A stretch of DNA of 64,000 nucleotides, taken from the NCBI GenBank assembly GCA_965198235.1, contig OZ240248.1, forward strand, positions 544,001-608,000. Reading direction: 5' to 3'. This document shows, one piece after another, positions 53,470 to 63,359 of this stretch. The position numbers were made by a program, and so were the translations under genes. Positions within the stretch are counted from its first letter, which is position 1, and the number at the start of each line of letters is the position of its first letter. The notes beneath the pieces were generated by a model that saw only the letters and a program-made list of their open reading frames with translations, was not told the DNA's origin and ran no database searches. Origin of the DNA: Candidatus Poribacteria bacterium. GTDB lineage: Bacteria > Poribacteria > WGA-4E > WGA-3G.

Positions 53470-53743
53470 GAAAAAAATGAACGTTTTGGTCCTTTCCAAG
53501 AAGGCGAGACTGTATCCCCGACCTAAAGGAACGGGGTTTTAGTCTCGGAGGTTTTGATAATAGGACTTACGCATGCTGCTCTTTTGTAGCACAAAATGTA
53601 TGAAGTTTCAGAAAATATTTCGCTAATACTATAAGGAACAATTTCCAATCAAAAACGGTTTCTCATCCTGGAAATCCTATAAAGATCGAAGAAGCCTGCT
53701 TCAGACAACTGATCGCCGACGGCTGACTGCTGACCACTGATGG

Positions 53744-54112
53744 CTAACATGCTTTAATGAAGGCGAGGATCACGCCGATGACAGCGACTTCAGCCCCAAT
53801 TACCCATTTCAGGGTTCCTATCCCGGCCTCGATGCGGTCTATACGGCCGCCGAAGTCATTAAACTGTTCACCAAGGTTGTCGACTTTTCCGTTAAGGCTA
53901 TCCAATTTTTCGTTGGTCGCGTCAAGGGCTGTCTGATCCGCTTTTGCGTCAAGTTTTTCGTGGATAAGGTCGATATCCGTCTTATCCGCTTTTGTTTCCA
54001 CCAAGCGGTCCATGCGGCTATCAAGACGGTCCATGCGGCTATCAAGACGGTCCAGCCGCACATTTATCTCTTTTAAGGTTTGCAGTAGTAGATCGTTAAA
54101 ATGATTCGCCAT
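53744..54112 (-). CDS. Heptad-repeat coiled-coil protein with C-terminal TM anchor
   Basis: RLDSRMD repeats (21-bp duplication) and KAD motifs; hydrophobic tail; GAGGAG SD. Confidence 0.7.
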   Translation of the reverse strand: MANHFNDLLLQTLKEINVRLDRLDSRMDRLDSRMDRLVETKADKTDIDLIHEKLDAKADQTALDATNEKLDSLNGKVDNLGEQFNDFGGRIDRIEAGIGTLKWVIGAEVAVIGVILAFIKAC

Positions 54113-54655
54113 GGAAATTCCTCCTCTGTTACACTATAATAGAAGTGAGGAGTGGATGTCAAACAATTTTAGTTGTCAGCAATCATCCGTCAGGGGGTAG
54201 CAGCAGCGGGTGGTGGAACAGCTGTCTGAAGCAGGATTTAGCGGACTGGCAGGAAGAAGAGAGCATCTGAAGCAGGTGTTGAGGTTTGCCCACTGTCTGA
54301 AGCAGGATTTACAGGATTCTAAGGATTTTCAGGAGAACCACCCGCTCCGATTGACTTTCATCTTTTCAGCATTACCACTTACTTTTTATACTTCATCAAA
54401 CCGCACCTACCCGTGAAGTGCGTAAGTCCTCTTCCAATCAAAAACGGTTCACATCCTGGAAATCCTATAAATCCCGAAATAACAAAAACTTTACACACCC
54501 GTCCGCTACCGGTTTTGCTATACTTTAGACACGTTTATCCCTAAGCGCATCATTTCTTGAAGAAGATGCCAGCCAACCCAACTCAACTCGCTCATTAGCG
54601 ATGACTGGGAAGCTAATAGACATCAGCATCCCAGCTATCCTATGGTCATTTGATA

Positions 54656-57600
54656 CTATTTCAAAATAACCATCTTCCGCATTGACGACATCGTGTCGGT
54701 TTCAAACTGGTAGAAATAGAGACCGCTCGCAACCTGTTCGCCAAGCGCATTCCGACCATCCCAATACGCCGCACGATCCCGACCCGTGTAGTAGCCAGCC
54801 GACTGTTGTCCCAGCTGCAACCTGCGGATCACAACACCTTGCGTGTTGTATATCGTGATCTCCACATGCGTATCCGTCGCCAATTCATACGGAATCCACG
54901 TTTCTGGGTTGAACGGATTCGGATAGTTCGCCAGCAACTGTGTTTTCTCTGGACGTGCCGTCGCGAGGAGCTGCTGCAGATATACCAGCGTCCGCATCGC
55001 CGCCGGGGACCGATCACCTGTTGCGATTAACAGATCGATCTGTTCTTCGATGCGATCTATCTGCGCAGCACTCAGCTGCATGCCAACGAGTGTCGGCGCG
55101 CCCGCTGCACCCGGATCACGATTGTCAAAGACGAGCAGGAGGTCAAGGAAGTTGACCGTGCCGTCTCCGTTAACATCGTACCTGGCGTTGCTTGTGTTCA
55201 TGGCAGCTGCGACTAAACTTGCGTCCGTGTTATCGACCGCGCCGTCGGAATTGACATCATACTTAGAACGAGAGGCGGTCGTCGGGGTCGTCGTAGTCGT
55301 CGTAGTCGTCGTGGGTGCCGAGATACTGTTGCTCAGCACGAGTTCACCCGGACTCCCTAAACCGTCAACGACGTTTTTGATCTTACTGCCGTCGAGGTTC
55401 GCACTCTGGATTCTGCCACGGGCGTTCGTCCAATAGAGTTTGCTCCGTGAACCGTCAACGGCAATCCCTATCGGAGCGGCAAGGATTGAGGCGAGTTGTG
55501 TCGCACCTGTGCCGTTGAGGTTCGCACTGTTGACTGTGCCACCACTCTCACCCGTCATCTCCGTCCAGTAGACTTTACCGCCACCGATCACGAGGCTTCC
55601 AGGGGTATCCGTACCTGTTGAAACATTGCGAACAACTTTTTGACCCTTGAGGTTCACAAACCGGACGCTTCCGGTGCCCTGTGTCCAATACGCATTGCCA
55701 CCCGCAAGTCCGATATCCATCGGATTGTCCAGGTTTTGCAGCACGTTTGTGATACCGGAACCGTTGAGGTTCGCACTCTGGATTCTGCCAGCGGAGTTCG
55801 TCCAGTAGAGTTTACTTCCCGCCGCGTCAACAGCGATCCCTATCGGGGTAGCAAAGATCGAGGCAAGCTCGGTTACGCCTGTCCCGTTGAGGTTCGCACT
55901 GTTGATGGTGCCACCACTCTCACCCGTTTTCTCCGTCCAGTAGACTTTACCACCACTCACTGCGATGTTCAGTGCGTTATCCACACTCGGTGCGAATCTT
56001 TCGGGGCTTGCACCCACAAGTGCGTAAATCGCGCCACCGTCTACCCATAACATCGGTGGACGACTCGCAGCACCGACATGCACAACCGGACTGACCGTAC
56101 CGGGCGTCGTGCCTGTGCCGGGAGTCCTTGTGGTCGTAGGTGCTGACCCCGTCGTGATGGTGAACTCGACGGTGTCAGAAATATCGTCAGTACTTGCTCG
56201 AACCGTGATAGTGCCATCATCCGTGGGCGTGAAATTGGCGCGTGCGTGGCCCCTTGAATCCGTCTGGACTCCGATTGCACGTCCGTTTCCGCGATCCGAA
56301 AGCTTACCCCGTCCGGAGATAACACGGAAAATGACTCTCGCATTTGCAACACCTATGCCGTTATCATCAAGGACCTGGACGATCAGCGGGGAATCAAGTT
56401 GCGTGTTCACCGTGCCACTTCGTGTCGCTGGACCGGTAATCTCGATGCTACTCGGAGACCCTGCTGCGGTCACTGGCGGCACTGGCGGCACCACTGGCGG
56501 CACCACTGGCGGCACCACTGGCGGCGCAACCGTCTGTCCCGTCGTGCTTAGTGTGAACAAGCGTGTCGCATAGCCCGGGGCACTGAGCGTCACCGAGTAG
56601 GGGCCTCCCGTGGCTGGTAGCGTGATAATTGCCGGGCCGGTGCCGTCAAGAGTGTCTACAGTTCTGGAGACAGCACCCCTGAGTGTTACAGTCACAGGAG
56701 CGGTTTCCGATGTGCCATCTGCCTTTGTCAGGGTAATCCGAATCTGTTGCCCCCCGTTGGCTGCTCGGGCACCGACTTCAGTAAGCGAAATTGTGCCGGG
56801 TGCTGGCGGAGCAGCGACCGTGAGAGTTCGTGATCCCTGTGAATATATCCCTGATTGATCAGTCGCGAAAAGCCTATAACTCCCAGGTGTGGTCGGCAGC
56901 GTAATCGGTGTAGACGTGCCGGTGGTAACCGCTTGGGACAACGTGAAGTCCGTGCTACTCAACGTCACCAGGATCCCCGGGACAGATCCCCCCGCTGCGT
57001 TGAGAGCGTTAACAGTTACCGTCCGCGTCGTGCCTGTGCCACTGGTAGTGATCGTGAGCCTCGGCGTCGTCTGCGTCGGCGTCGTTACGGGAGTCCCTGT
57101 TCCAATATACCTAAACTCAATTATCTTCCTCGTGTCAGGCGATCCTAAAACATAGGCAGAAACTAAGTTAGTCGTGCGATTCATGTTAATATACACTTTA
57201 AGGGCTTGATGTGCCTGCAAGATTGTCTTAAGTGTCGAGTTTGCTTCGGTATACAGCGTCCCACTGCCCGTAACAACCTCATAAACAATAGTCTTTTGAC
57301 CACCACTCGGAAGTTCAGTACTGGAAAATAACCCATCAAATAATGCATCAATTCTCTCAGTATTCTTTGCAGTGGGTAAAGCACCATCGTCAAGGGTTGG
57401 AGCACTTCTTACCAGCACAACAAGCTCTCCAATCTCCTCTTCAGCATTGGCAGTAGCTCTTGCTACATGACCAACTGGGTAGTCCTTATCAACGGTCGCG
57501 TTATTGATTGTAATGCTTCGGCTTGCTGTAGTTATAGTATCTAAAACTTCACAAATCAAAGTAATTGAGGCACTTGTGGCATCGGCACTGGTTGTTAGGT

Positions 57601-58345
57601 CGGTGGCGGATGAATGAGCTCCGGTTAGCCTTTCTGTTAATTCAGTACCATCTGAAGCGATCTGTAAACCGTTGCTCTTCAGTTTTAGTGTGAGCCCGGT
57701 GTCATGACTAATCTTAATGACTTCCTGATCGTAATAATATCTCTTAGAGTCAGGCTCTTTGGACTCCCAATGCACAGGAAGTACTTTTACTCGAACACCC
57801 AGATGCTCCTCGTCCACATCAGTAGTGCTGGCATCGTCAGGTCTATAATAATAAAGCAGATTACCGGTCCCGTCATACACATATCCACTGCTGTCAGATA
57901 ATACAGGGGTTGCCTCGACAGATCCAGAACCACCCGTTCGTTTTCTGTGAATCGCCGTATAACCATCTGGATTCTCACTTGATGTATAAGCTACACCTAC
58001 GCTCGTAAGTTTTCGACGGTCTATAGTAGTACCTTCTATCCGGGTAGCGGGATATCCGTCTTTATCAATCCTGTTACCATTGAGAGTAGAACTATTGTCC
58101 ACATCTTCATCCGCGTACCCTCCAAGCGGATGATTTATAAGTTCTCTCCTATTAAGTGTAAACTGGAATGTTACCTCAAATGACTGCCCCGCTTCTACCT
58201 CAACCTTTGATGAACCTATTGGTGAACCAGGTACATTAGTGTCTATCGATACTGTCACTGCTTGTACCACACTCTGCATACCGAACGCCAGCATAAGCGT
58301 CATCAGCATGCCAAGGACGGTTTTTCGCGTCGTTAAATTGTTCAT
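54656..58345 (-). CDS. Large secreted multidomain protein: unique N-region, Ig-like, Pro/Thr linkers, YWTD propeller, dockerin-like pair, FlgD/T9SS-like C-terminus
   Basis: Signal peptide; five YWT repeats; DVNSDGAVD and DVNGDGTVN; NYPNPFNPETWIPY...WDGRN...SGLYFY. Confidence 0.88.
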   Translation of the reverse strand: MNNLTTRKTVLGMLMTLMLAFGMQSVVQAVTVSIDTNVPGSPIGSSKVEVEAGQSFEVTFQFTLNRRELINHPLGGYADEDVDNSSTLNGNRIDKDGYPATRIEGTTIDRRKLTSVGVAYTSSENPDGYTAIHRKRTGGSGSVEATPVLSDSSGYVYDGTGNLLYYYRPDDASTTDVDEEHLGVRVKVLPVHWESKEPDSKRYYYDQEVIKISHDTGLTLKLKSNGLQIASDGTELTERLTGAHSSATDLTTSADATSASITLICEVLDTITTASRSITINNATVDKDYPVGHVARATANAEEEIGELVVLVRSAPTLDDGALPTAKNTERIDALFDGLFSSTELPSGGQKTIVYEVVTGSGTLYTEANSTLKTILQAHQALKVYINMNRTTNLVSAYVLGSPDTRKIIEFRYIGTGTPVTTPTQTTPRLTITTSGTGTTRTVTVNALNAAGGSVPGILVTLSSTDFTLSQAVTTGTSTPITLPTTPGSYRLFATDQSGIYSQGSRTLTVAAPPAPGTISLTEVGARAANGGQQIRITLTKADGTSETAPVTVTLRGAVSRTVDTLDGTGPAIITLPATGGPYSVTLSAPGYATRLFTLSTTGQTVAPPVVPPVVPPVVPPVPPVTAAGSPSSIEITGPATRSGTVNTQLDSPLIVQVLDDNGIGVANARVIFRVISGRGKLSDRGNGRAIGVQTDSRGHARANFTPTDDGTITVRASTDDISDTVEFTITTGSAPTTTRTPGTGTTPGTVSPVVHVGAASRPPMLWVDGGAIYALVGASPERFAPSVDNALNIAVSGGKVYWTEKTGESGGTINSANLNGTGVTELASIFATPIGIAVDAAGSKLYWTNSAGRIQSANLNGSGITNVLQNLDNPMDIGLAGGNAYWTQGTGSVRFVNLKGQKVVRNVSTGTDTPGSLVIGGGKVYWTEMTGESGGTVNSANLNGTGATQLASILAAPIGIAVDGSRSKLYWTNARGRIQSANLDGSKIKNVVDGLGSPGELVLSNSISAPTTTTTTTTTPTTASRSKYDVNSDGAVDNTDASLVAAAMNTSNARYDVNGDGTVNFLDLLLVFDNRDPGAAGAPTLVGMQLSAAQIDRIEEQIDLLIATGDRSPAAMRTLVYLQQLLATARPEKTQLLANYPNPFNPETWIPYELATDTHVEITIYNTQGVVIRRLQLGQQSAGYYTGRDRAAYWDGRNALGEQVASGLYFYQFETDTMSSMRKMVILK

Positions 58346-58947
58346 GAAAAATATACCTCAATTTATAGCCGTCGGCTATCAGCCGTCAGCCGTCAGAGTT
58401 TTGGCTGTCAGCAATCAGCCGTCAGCCGTCAGAATGTTATATTAACCGTCAGCGGTCAGCTCTCAGCGGAGTAGCCATCAGTCGTCGGTAAAGAGATTTT
58501 AGGTTAGTGGAACGTCTCTTTCTGATTGCTGATGGTTTCCGAGAGCCAACTGCCAATAGCCATTGGCTATTAATCTTTAGATCTGATACGCTTCAGTAGA
58601 GAAGTTAGCATCTTCTTCACACTAATTATGGTTGTCAGTTGTCGGTGGTCGGTTGTCAGTGTATTAGCCATCAGCCGATGGCTGAGTGTCTTTGTTCTTA
58701 TTGGTTCTCGGTTGTCGGCAGTCAGCGGATCGCGAGCATGGGGAAATCCGAAGAAATACCCAAGTAATACGCAGAAATCCGCAGAAACGCCCTATCAAAA
58801 ACCCCTATCAAAAACACCCCAAGCAAAAACCCTCGCTCCTACAGAAAAAGTGCTAATTGCCGACTGCCATTAAAAAAGATCGGGTTATGTAAATTGTATC
58901 ATATATCTATATGGATTGTCAAGTTTTTTTATTAGCGGTGTTAGCGG

Positions 58948-59217
58948 GGGTGTGTAAAGTTTTTGTCATAACAGCCGGGACCCTCAAACACATAGCACTC
59001 CGCTGGAGTGCAAGAGAAGGGCTCGTCTTTTCTATAGACATATTGCTCCGCTGGAGCAACAGACGGACACCTCAGAAGTCAGGGGCATCCTCACGCCAGA
59101 GGCGTGATATGTCTATAGAAATATGGAGGGTCGGTTTACGCACTCCAGCGGAGTGCTATGTAAATACACCGCTCCTCTTTGAAAAAATCAATACGCCGCC
59201 AAAAACTTTACACACCC
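58948..59217. mobile_element. 270-bp MITE-like element with 18-bp TIRs enclosing two inverted hairpin doublets
   Basis: GGGTGTGTAAAGTTTTTG at 58948-58965 and CAAAAACTTTACACACCC at 59200-59217; lone TIR near 54483. Confidence 0.75.
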
Positions 59218-59684
59218 TATTAGCGGTCAGCAATCGACTATCAGCCGTCAGTATGTAGCAGACACGTTTCGTTTGAATATCACAAGGTGATTTTGCTGAA
59301 TGCTGAAAGGGTTGTGTAGTAACCCGTACCGACAACTGATTACCATTAATATTCTGGCAATTTTTGATTTTAAACGATGGGTTTGTGGGGTGGTTACAGA
59401 TTTTTTAATAGTTGTCAGTTATCAGTAGAATTGGTAACAGATAAATATTAACCGCCCCTTTCTGTAGGAGCGAGTTTCACTCGCGATCCTCCGTTTGTAG
59501 TCGTGCGATTCATCGCACGTTCTTACTGATCGCTGATGGCTGACAACTCATCCGTCAGAATCGCGGAAGGCGCGGAGAACACGGAGGACGCGGAACGGGA
59601 CGGGCGAGGGGACCTCGCCCCTACCTCTGACAACTGATAGCCGATAACCAATATAGTAAAGTCGAAAGATAACTCTCACTGCGA

Positions 59685-59820
59685 GGCAGTTTTGTAGCAT
59701 AAACTGTTAGTTTGTGCATCTGTAGGACGCAGACTCACAGTCTACGCTACAGGGCAGTTTTGTAGCATAAACTGTTAGTTTGTGCATCTGTAGGACGCAG
59801 ACTCACAGTCTACGCTACAG
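59685..59820. repeat. Tandem duplication of a 68-bp palindromic REP-like unit
   Basis: GGCAGTTTTGTAGCATAAACTGTTAGTTTGTGC...GCAGACTCACAGTCTACGCTACAG twice; half-copies near 29808 and 60791. Confidence 0.9.
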
Positions 59821-60094
59821 AATGGGACTATAATTCTGACAACTGATAACTGATAGCGAACGCAGTGAGTGTGCTGACAACTCAATTGAAGTTTTACCGT
59901 AGGTTGGGTAGAGCGGTAAAAGCGCGAAAGCCTTTCGTTTATACGGAGAGAGTCCATCGGTAAGGAATCTTTAATGAAAAAATCAGAAGCCAGTAACCGT
60001 CAGAGGGCGGACACTCACGTTTGCAATATACGCGATGATATGCTATAATTCGATAACAGAACACTCAAAACACACCACATTTATGGAGGCATGT

Positions 60095-60673
60095 ATGTCA
60101 TCTCTCGCAGCACAAACGATTCTCACACCTGAAGAATACATTGCTTCGGAACGCAAGGCAACGCTCAAAAGCGAATATCTCAATGGAGAGATACTCGCAA
60201 TGTCCGGGGCGAGTCTCGCGCATACTCGCATCACGCTGGATATAGCGACTGAACTTAACATTCAAATGAGAGGACAGGGTTGTGAGGTTATTACCAACGA
60301 TATGCGCGTGAAGACGGGGCCGAAAGGTGCCTATTTTTACCCGGATGTCGTGGTTTTTTGTGATGAACCCCAATTTGAAGATAATGTTTTTGACACACTT
60401 CTCAACCCGATTATCGTCGTAGAGGTGCTTTCACCGTCAACCGAAGTGTATGACAGGGGTGAGAAGTTTGCACATTATCAGGAACTCACGTCCCTGCGAG
60501 AATACATTCTCGTTTCACAGGACAGGATTCGCGTTGAACATCACCGTCTCATCAAGACACAGTGGGTACAGACAGAGTTTCACGGACAGGAAGATGTGAT
60601 GCCGCTCGTTTCCATCGGATGCGAACTCCGTTTGCGGGATATTTACAGACGCGTTCCAGAAGTCATCTTATAA
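60095..60673 (+). CDS. Uma2 family endonuclease
   Basis: EYLNGEI, YPDVVV, VEVLSPST and DRGEKF motifs; GGAGG SD. Confidence 0.92.
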   Translation: MSSLAAQTILTPEEYIASERKATLKSEYLNGEILAMSGASLAHTRITLDIATELNIQMRGQGCEVITNDMRVKTGPKGAYFYPDVVVFCDEPQFEDNVFDTLLNPIIVVEVLSPSTEVYDRGEKFAHYQELTSLREYILVSQDRIRVEHHRLIKTQWVQTEFHGQEDVMPLVSIGCELRLRDIYRRVPEVIL

Positions 60674-60969
60674 TACACACCCATAATCCTGAAAATCATT
60701 GAATCACAGAAATCACAGTTCTGACGAATTCGCAATCCGTTTCCGTCAGGGCGTTAGGTTCAGCAAACCGCTATATTACGTCTTCAAAGACGCAAACTAA
60801 CAGTTTGAGTTACAAAAAACGCCTCAACGGACAGCAGACAGTAAGATCGCAAGCATCGGGGAAATCCGTAGAAACATGATGTCGATCCCTTCTTCAAGAA
60901 TGGTCAGCATTGTTGCGGCTGACATTATTTTTGAGATGTTCTCGGCTACGGCATAGAAAGCCATTAAAA

Positions 60970-61012
60970 AAACAACAGAGCGGTGAACCGAAGTCCATCG
61001 CTCTGTTGTTTT
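60970..61012. terminator. Strong terminator downstream of the collapsed TTWG gene
   Basis: AAAACAACAGAGCG...CGCTCTGTTGTTTT. Confidence 0.85.
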
Positions 61013-61041
61013 GGGTAGGTTAGTTAGAAATATCCCTGAGT

Positions 61042-61542
61042 TTACTTTTGTGTCTTCAAGTCGCCCCACGTCGTCGCTTTGCCAGCGGCACCTACATGCC
61101 CTTTCAGCACGACATCCGTCGCATTCTTGCGTGCCAAGGCGGCTTGCGCATCAGCAGCGGCTTTCTCAGCAGAAGTTTGGAAATGCCCAGTACCAGGGGT
61201 ACCAATCCGGCGACCCACTTTAGACACGTCAAAGTTAATGCCAAGTCCAGTGGCTGCATCACCCGATGCCATCCAACTGGTTGACAGCCTGCCGTCTTCC
61301 GGTTTCCCCGTTGTCGCATTCATCAGACGATACATGGAAATAACCGGCTGTGTGGGCGCATCGGATCACCAACGTCTGCTCTTACAAAGTGAATCTCAAT
61401 GGATACAGCGGCACTCTTACCGTCAGCTTTTCTGGCACCCGCGCCATCAAGCTGGGCTCGCGGATCCGCAAGCTCGACCGCATGTTTCGGTATAAGGAAG
61501 GATCAACACTCTTAAGGAAAATGTTCATTTATTAGACAACAT
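61042..61542 (-). pseudogene. Collapsed, frameshifted gene retaining SD+ATG and a TTWG tail
   Basis: GGAGG then ATG 61542 MLSNK-stop; later frames give IPKHAVELADP... and ...VGAAGKATTWGDLKTQK. Confidence 0.65.
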
Positions 61543-61858
61543 TACTAATTTTCCTCCATTTAAATCAAACTAAAAAACATCCGTATATCGTGGGGCAGTA
61601 GGGATTCATGCCCCTGCACACTTCACATCGTGTGCTTCATTATCAAACAGCAAGAACAGATTTTCAGGGATGAAATCTATTCTGAACTAACCTTATTGTG
61701 CGTGCCTTTGAAGCCTACGGAGTTAGGGAACCTCGCCTACCGGTAAGGGTAGATGTCTTCGGAACACGCTTGGAAATTTGGGCTTGGGGTTCTCGCTTTA
61801 TGGTGTTGTTTGAAACATCGCCATAGATTGAGCCAAACCACTTATATAAACGTTGCTA

Positions 61859-62383
61859 ATTGTAAACGAGTTACGAAAAGATGTCAAGTCTTTTTTGCGG
61901 TATAAGGAATCGCCCAAATCAGAATTCAGAAGTCCATTCTACCGCAATTATGTAATTATTATACCACATTTGTCGTGTGGTGTCAAATTTTTCTTCAAAA
62001 AAATTTCATTTTTCGCTGGCGAAGTTTCTAACCTCGCCCAAAGGTACTGGGTTTCACGGTTGTTCAACCCAACCTACGATTAATTATACCGTAGGAGGCA
62101 TTCTTTGTCAAATTTTTTTGAAAAAATGTTTTCACGGGGTGGAGCGTTCCGATTCTCGGTTTTAAGGAGAATTCGGCCTCCATATTCATACCCCTTTTTA
62201 ACACCCGTAATTGTAAAATAGTTACGAAAAAAAGTCAACATTATTTTCCGCACGTTAGGAATTTTACCGAAATTGGGTGTTTTTGTCAAGTATTTTCTTT
62301 CAACACGGTGCAAAAAACACGCATTTCGGCGTTTCTGCGGTTGAATTGATATTAATTATAGTGTAACAGATATTTTTTGTCAA
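61859..62383 (-). promoter_or_regulatory. Array of six co-oriented sigma70 promoters
   Basis: -35 TTGAC(A/T), 17-nt spacer, -10 TA(T/C/A)AAT at 61859-61887, 61958-61986, 62083-62111, 62210-62238, 62261-62289 and 62355-62383. Confidence 0.85.
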
Positions 62384-62660
62384 ATATTTTTTATTACTCG
62401 TCAGAAGTCAGGAATTGGGCGCGTATTGTCTGAATCGGGATTTATGAGATTAGTGGATGATAGAATCTGACCGATTGATAATTGAACTCCGCTGGCGAGG
62501 GTTTTGTGTGGGATACCTTGTAGGTTGGGGATAGGTCGTCTGAATCGCGGATTGCACAGATGACGCAGATTGCGCGGATTTTTTATTGGTTTCCGTCGGT
62601 GTGTATTGTCTGAACCGAGATTTATGGGATTATAGGATGAGTGGGATGGGAGAACCGTCT

Positions 62661-62748
62661 TGATTGAAAAGCGTTCCTCACGCCGTAGGCGTGATATGTC
62701 TATAGAAAACGCATGCAAGCAGAAACGCACTCCAGCGGAGTGCTATGT
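62661..62748 (-). repeat. Inverted copy of the hairpin-doublet module left of the Y1 transposase
   Basis: Reverse complement of CATAGCACTCCGCTGGAGTGC-N17-TTTTCTATAGACATATCACGCCTACGGCGTGAGGAACGCTTTTCAATCA. Confidence 0.85.
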
Positions 62749-62794
62749 TCATAGAAAAAATCTTATCGCTGCGCCAGTAACCGTGCACCATAAA

Positions 62795-63274
62795 TTATTC
62801 TTCAGACGGAAAACCCTCAACCGGATCAAAAACGTATCTTATATCATACGCAACGCCAAAACGCTCCAAGAACGCAAGATATTCATCACGGAACGTTCGC
62901 CGTGAATGATGAGTCTCCTGATTTTCAATGTATGCTGCTACCTCGGGTATCTGAGAATGTGAATAACTGAACGCGCCGAACCCCTCCTGCCATCCAAATT
63001 GGCCCACAGTCCAATGTTTCTGATTAATAAAGCGTGTCGAATTTACCTTGATGTCTTTTACTAAACCAGACAATGCAGCATCCGGGGTCATACCAATCAG
63101 AATGTGGATATGATCTGGCATTGAGTTGATTTGAATCAATTTCTGTTTTTTATTTCTGATAATACCGGTGATGTATTTGTGAAGTTCAGCCTTGTGGCAT
63201 TCGGGAATGAGGGCTTGTCTACCTTTAACGGAAAACACGATATGTACATAGAGTTGTGTATAGGTATTTGCCAT
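62795..63274 (-). CDS. tnpA: IS200/IS605-type Y1 HUH transposase, REP-associated
   Basis: HIVFSVKGR, MPDHIHIL (HUH), WQEGFGAFS and AYIENQ (catalytic Tyr). Confidence 0.92.
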   Translation of the reverse strand: MANTYTQLYVHIVFSVKGRQALIPECHKAELHKYITGIIRNKKQKLIQINSMPDHIHILIGMTPDAALSGLVKDIKVNSTRFINQKHWTVGQFGWQEGFGAFSYSHSQIPEVAAYIENQETHHSRRTFRDEYLAFLERFGVAYDIRYVFDPVEGFPSEE

Positions 63275-63359
63275 AGGCTCTTGCATTCCTCCAGAATTTG
63301 CTGTATTTATCTATAGCATCCATATTATATATCCATTCCCATTTATATGTCAACACCAA

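Larger units (their letters stand above)
52090..53556 (-). mobile_element. IS200/IS605-family tnpB-only (IS1341-like) element
   Basis: Left end TTAT|CAAAACCTCCGAGACTAAAACCCCG with hairpin; right-end hairpin CCCAAGTCTTTAGGCTTGGG then TCTATCAC. Confidence 0.8.

Noticed and set aside
58239-59957. Short ORFs in the repeat-rich region
   Set aside because: Translations mirror heptamer and REP repeats.
60824-61069. 81-aa minus-strand ORF
   Set aside because: It runs through the terminator hairpin and has no convincing SD or motif.
61790-61830. Fluoride riboswitch (GGCGATG-like start)
   Set aside because: The rest of the consensus is not recognisable and the downstream gene context does not fit.
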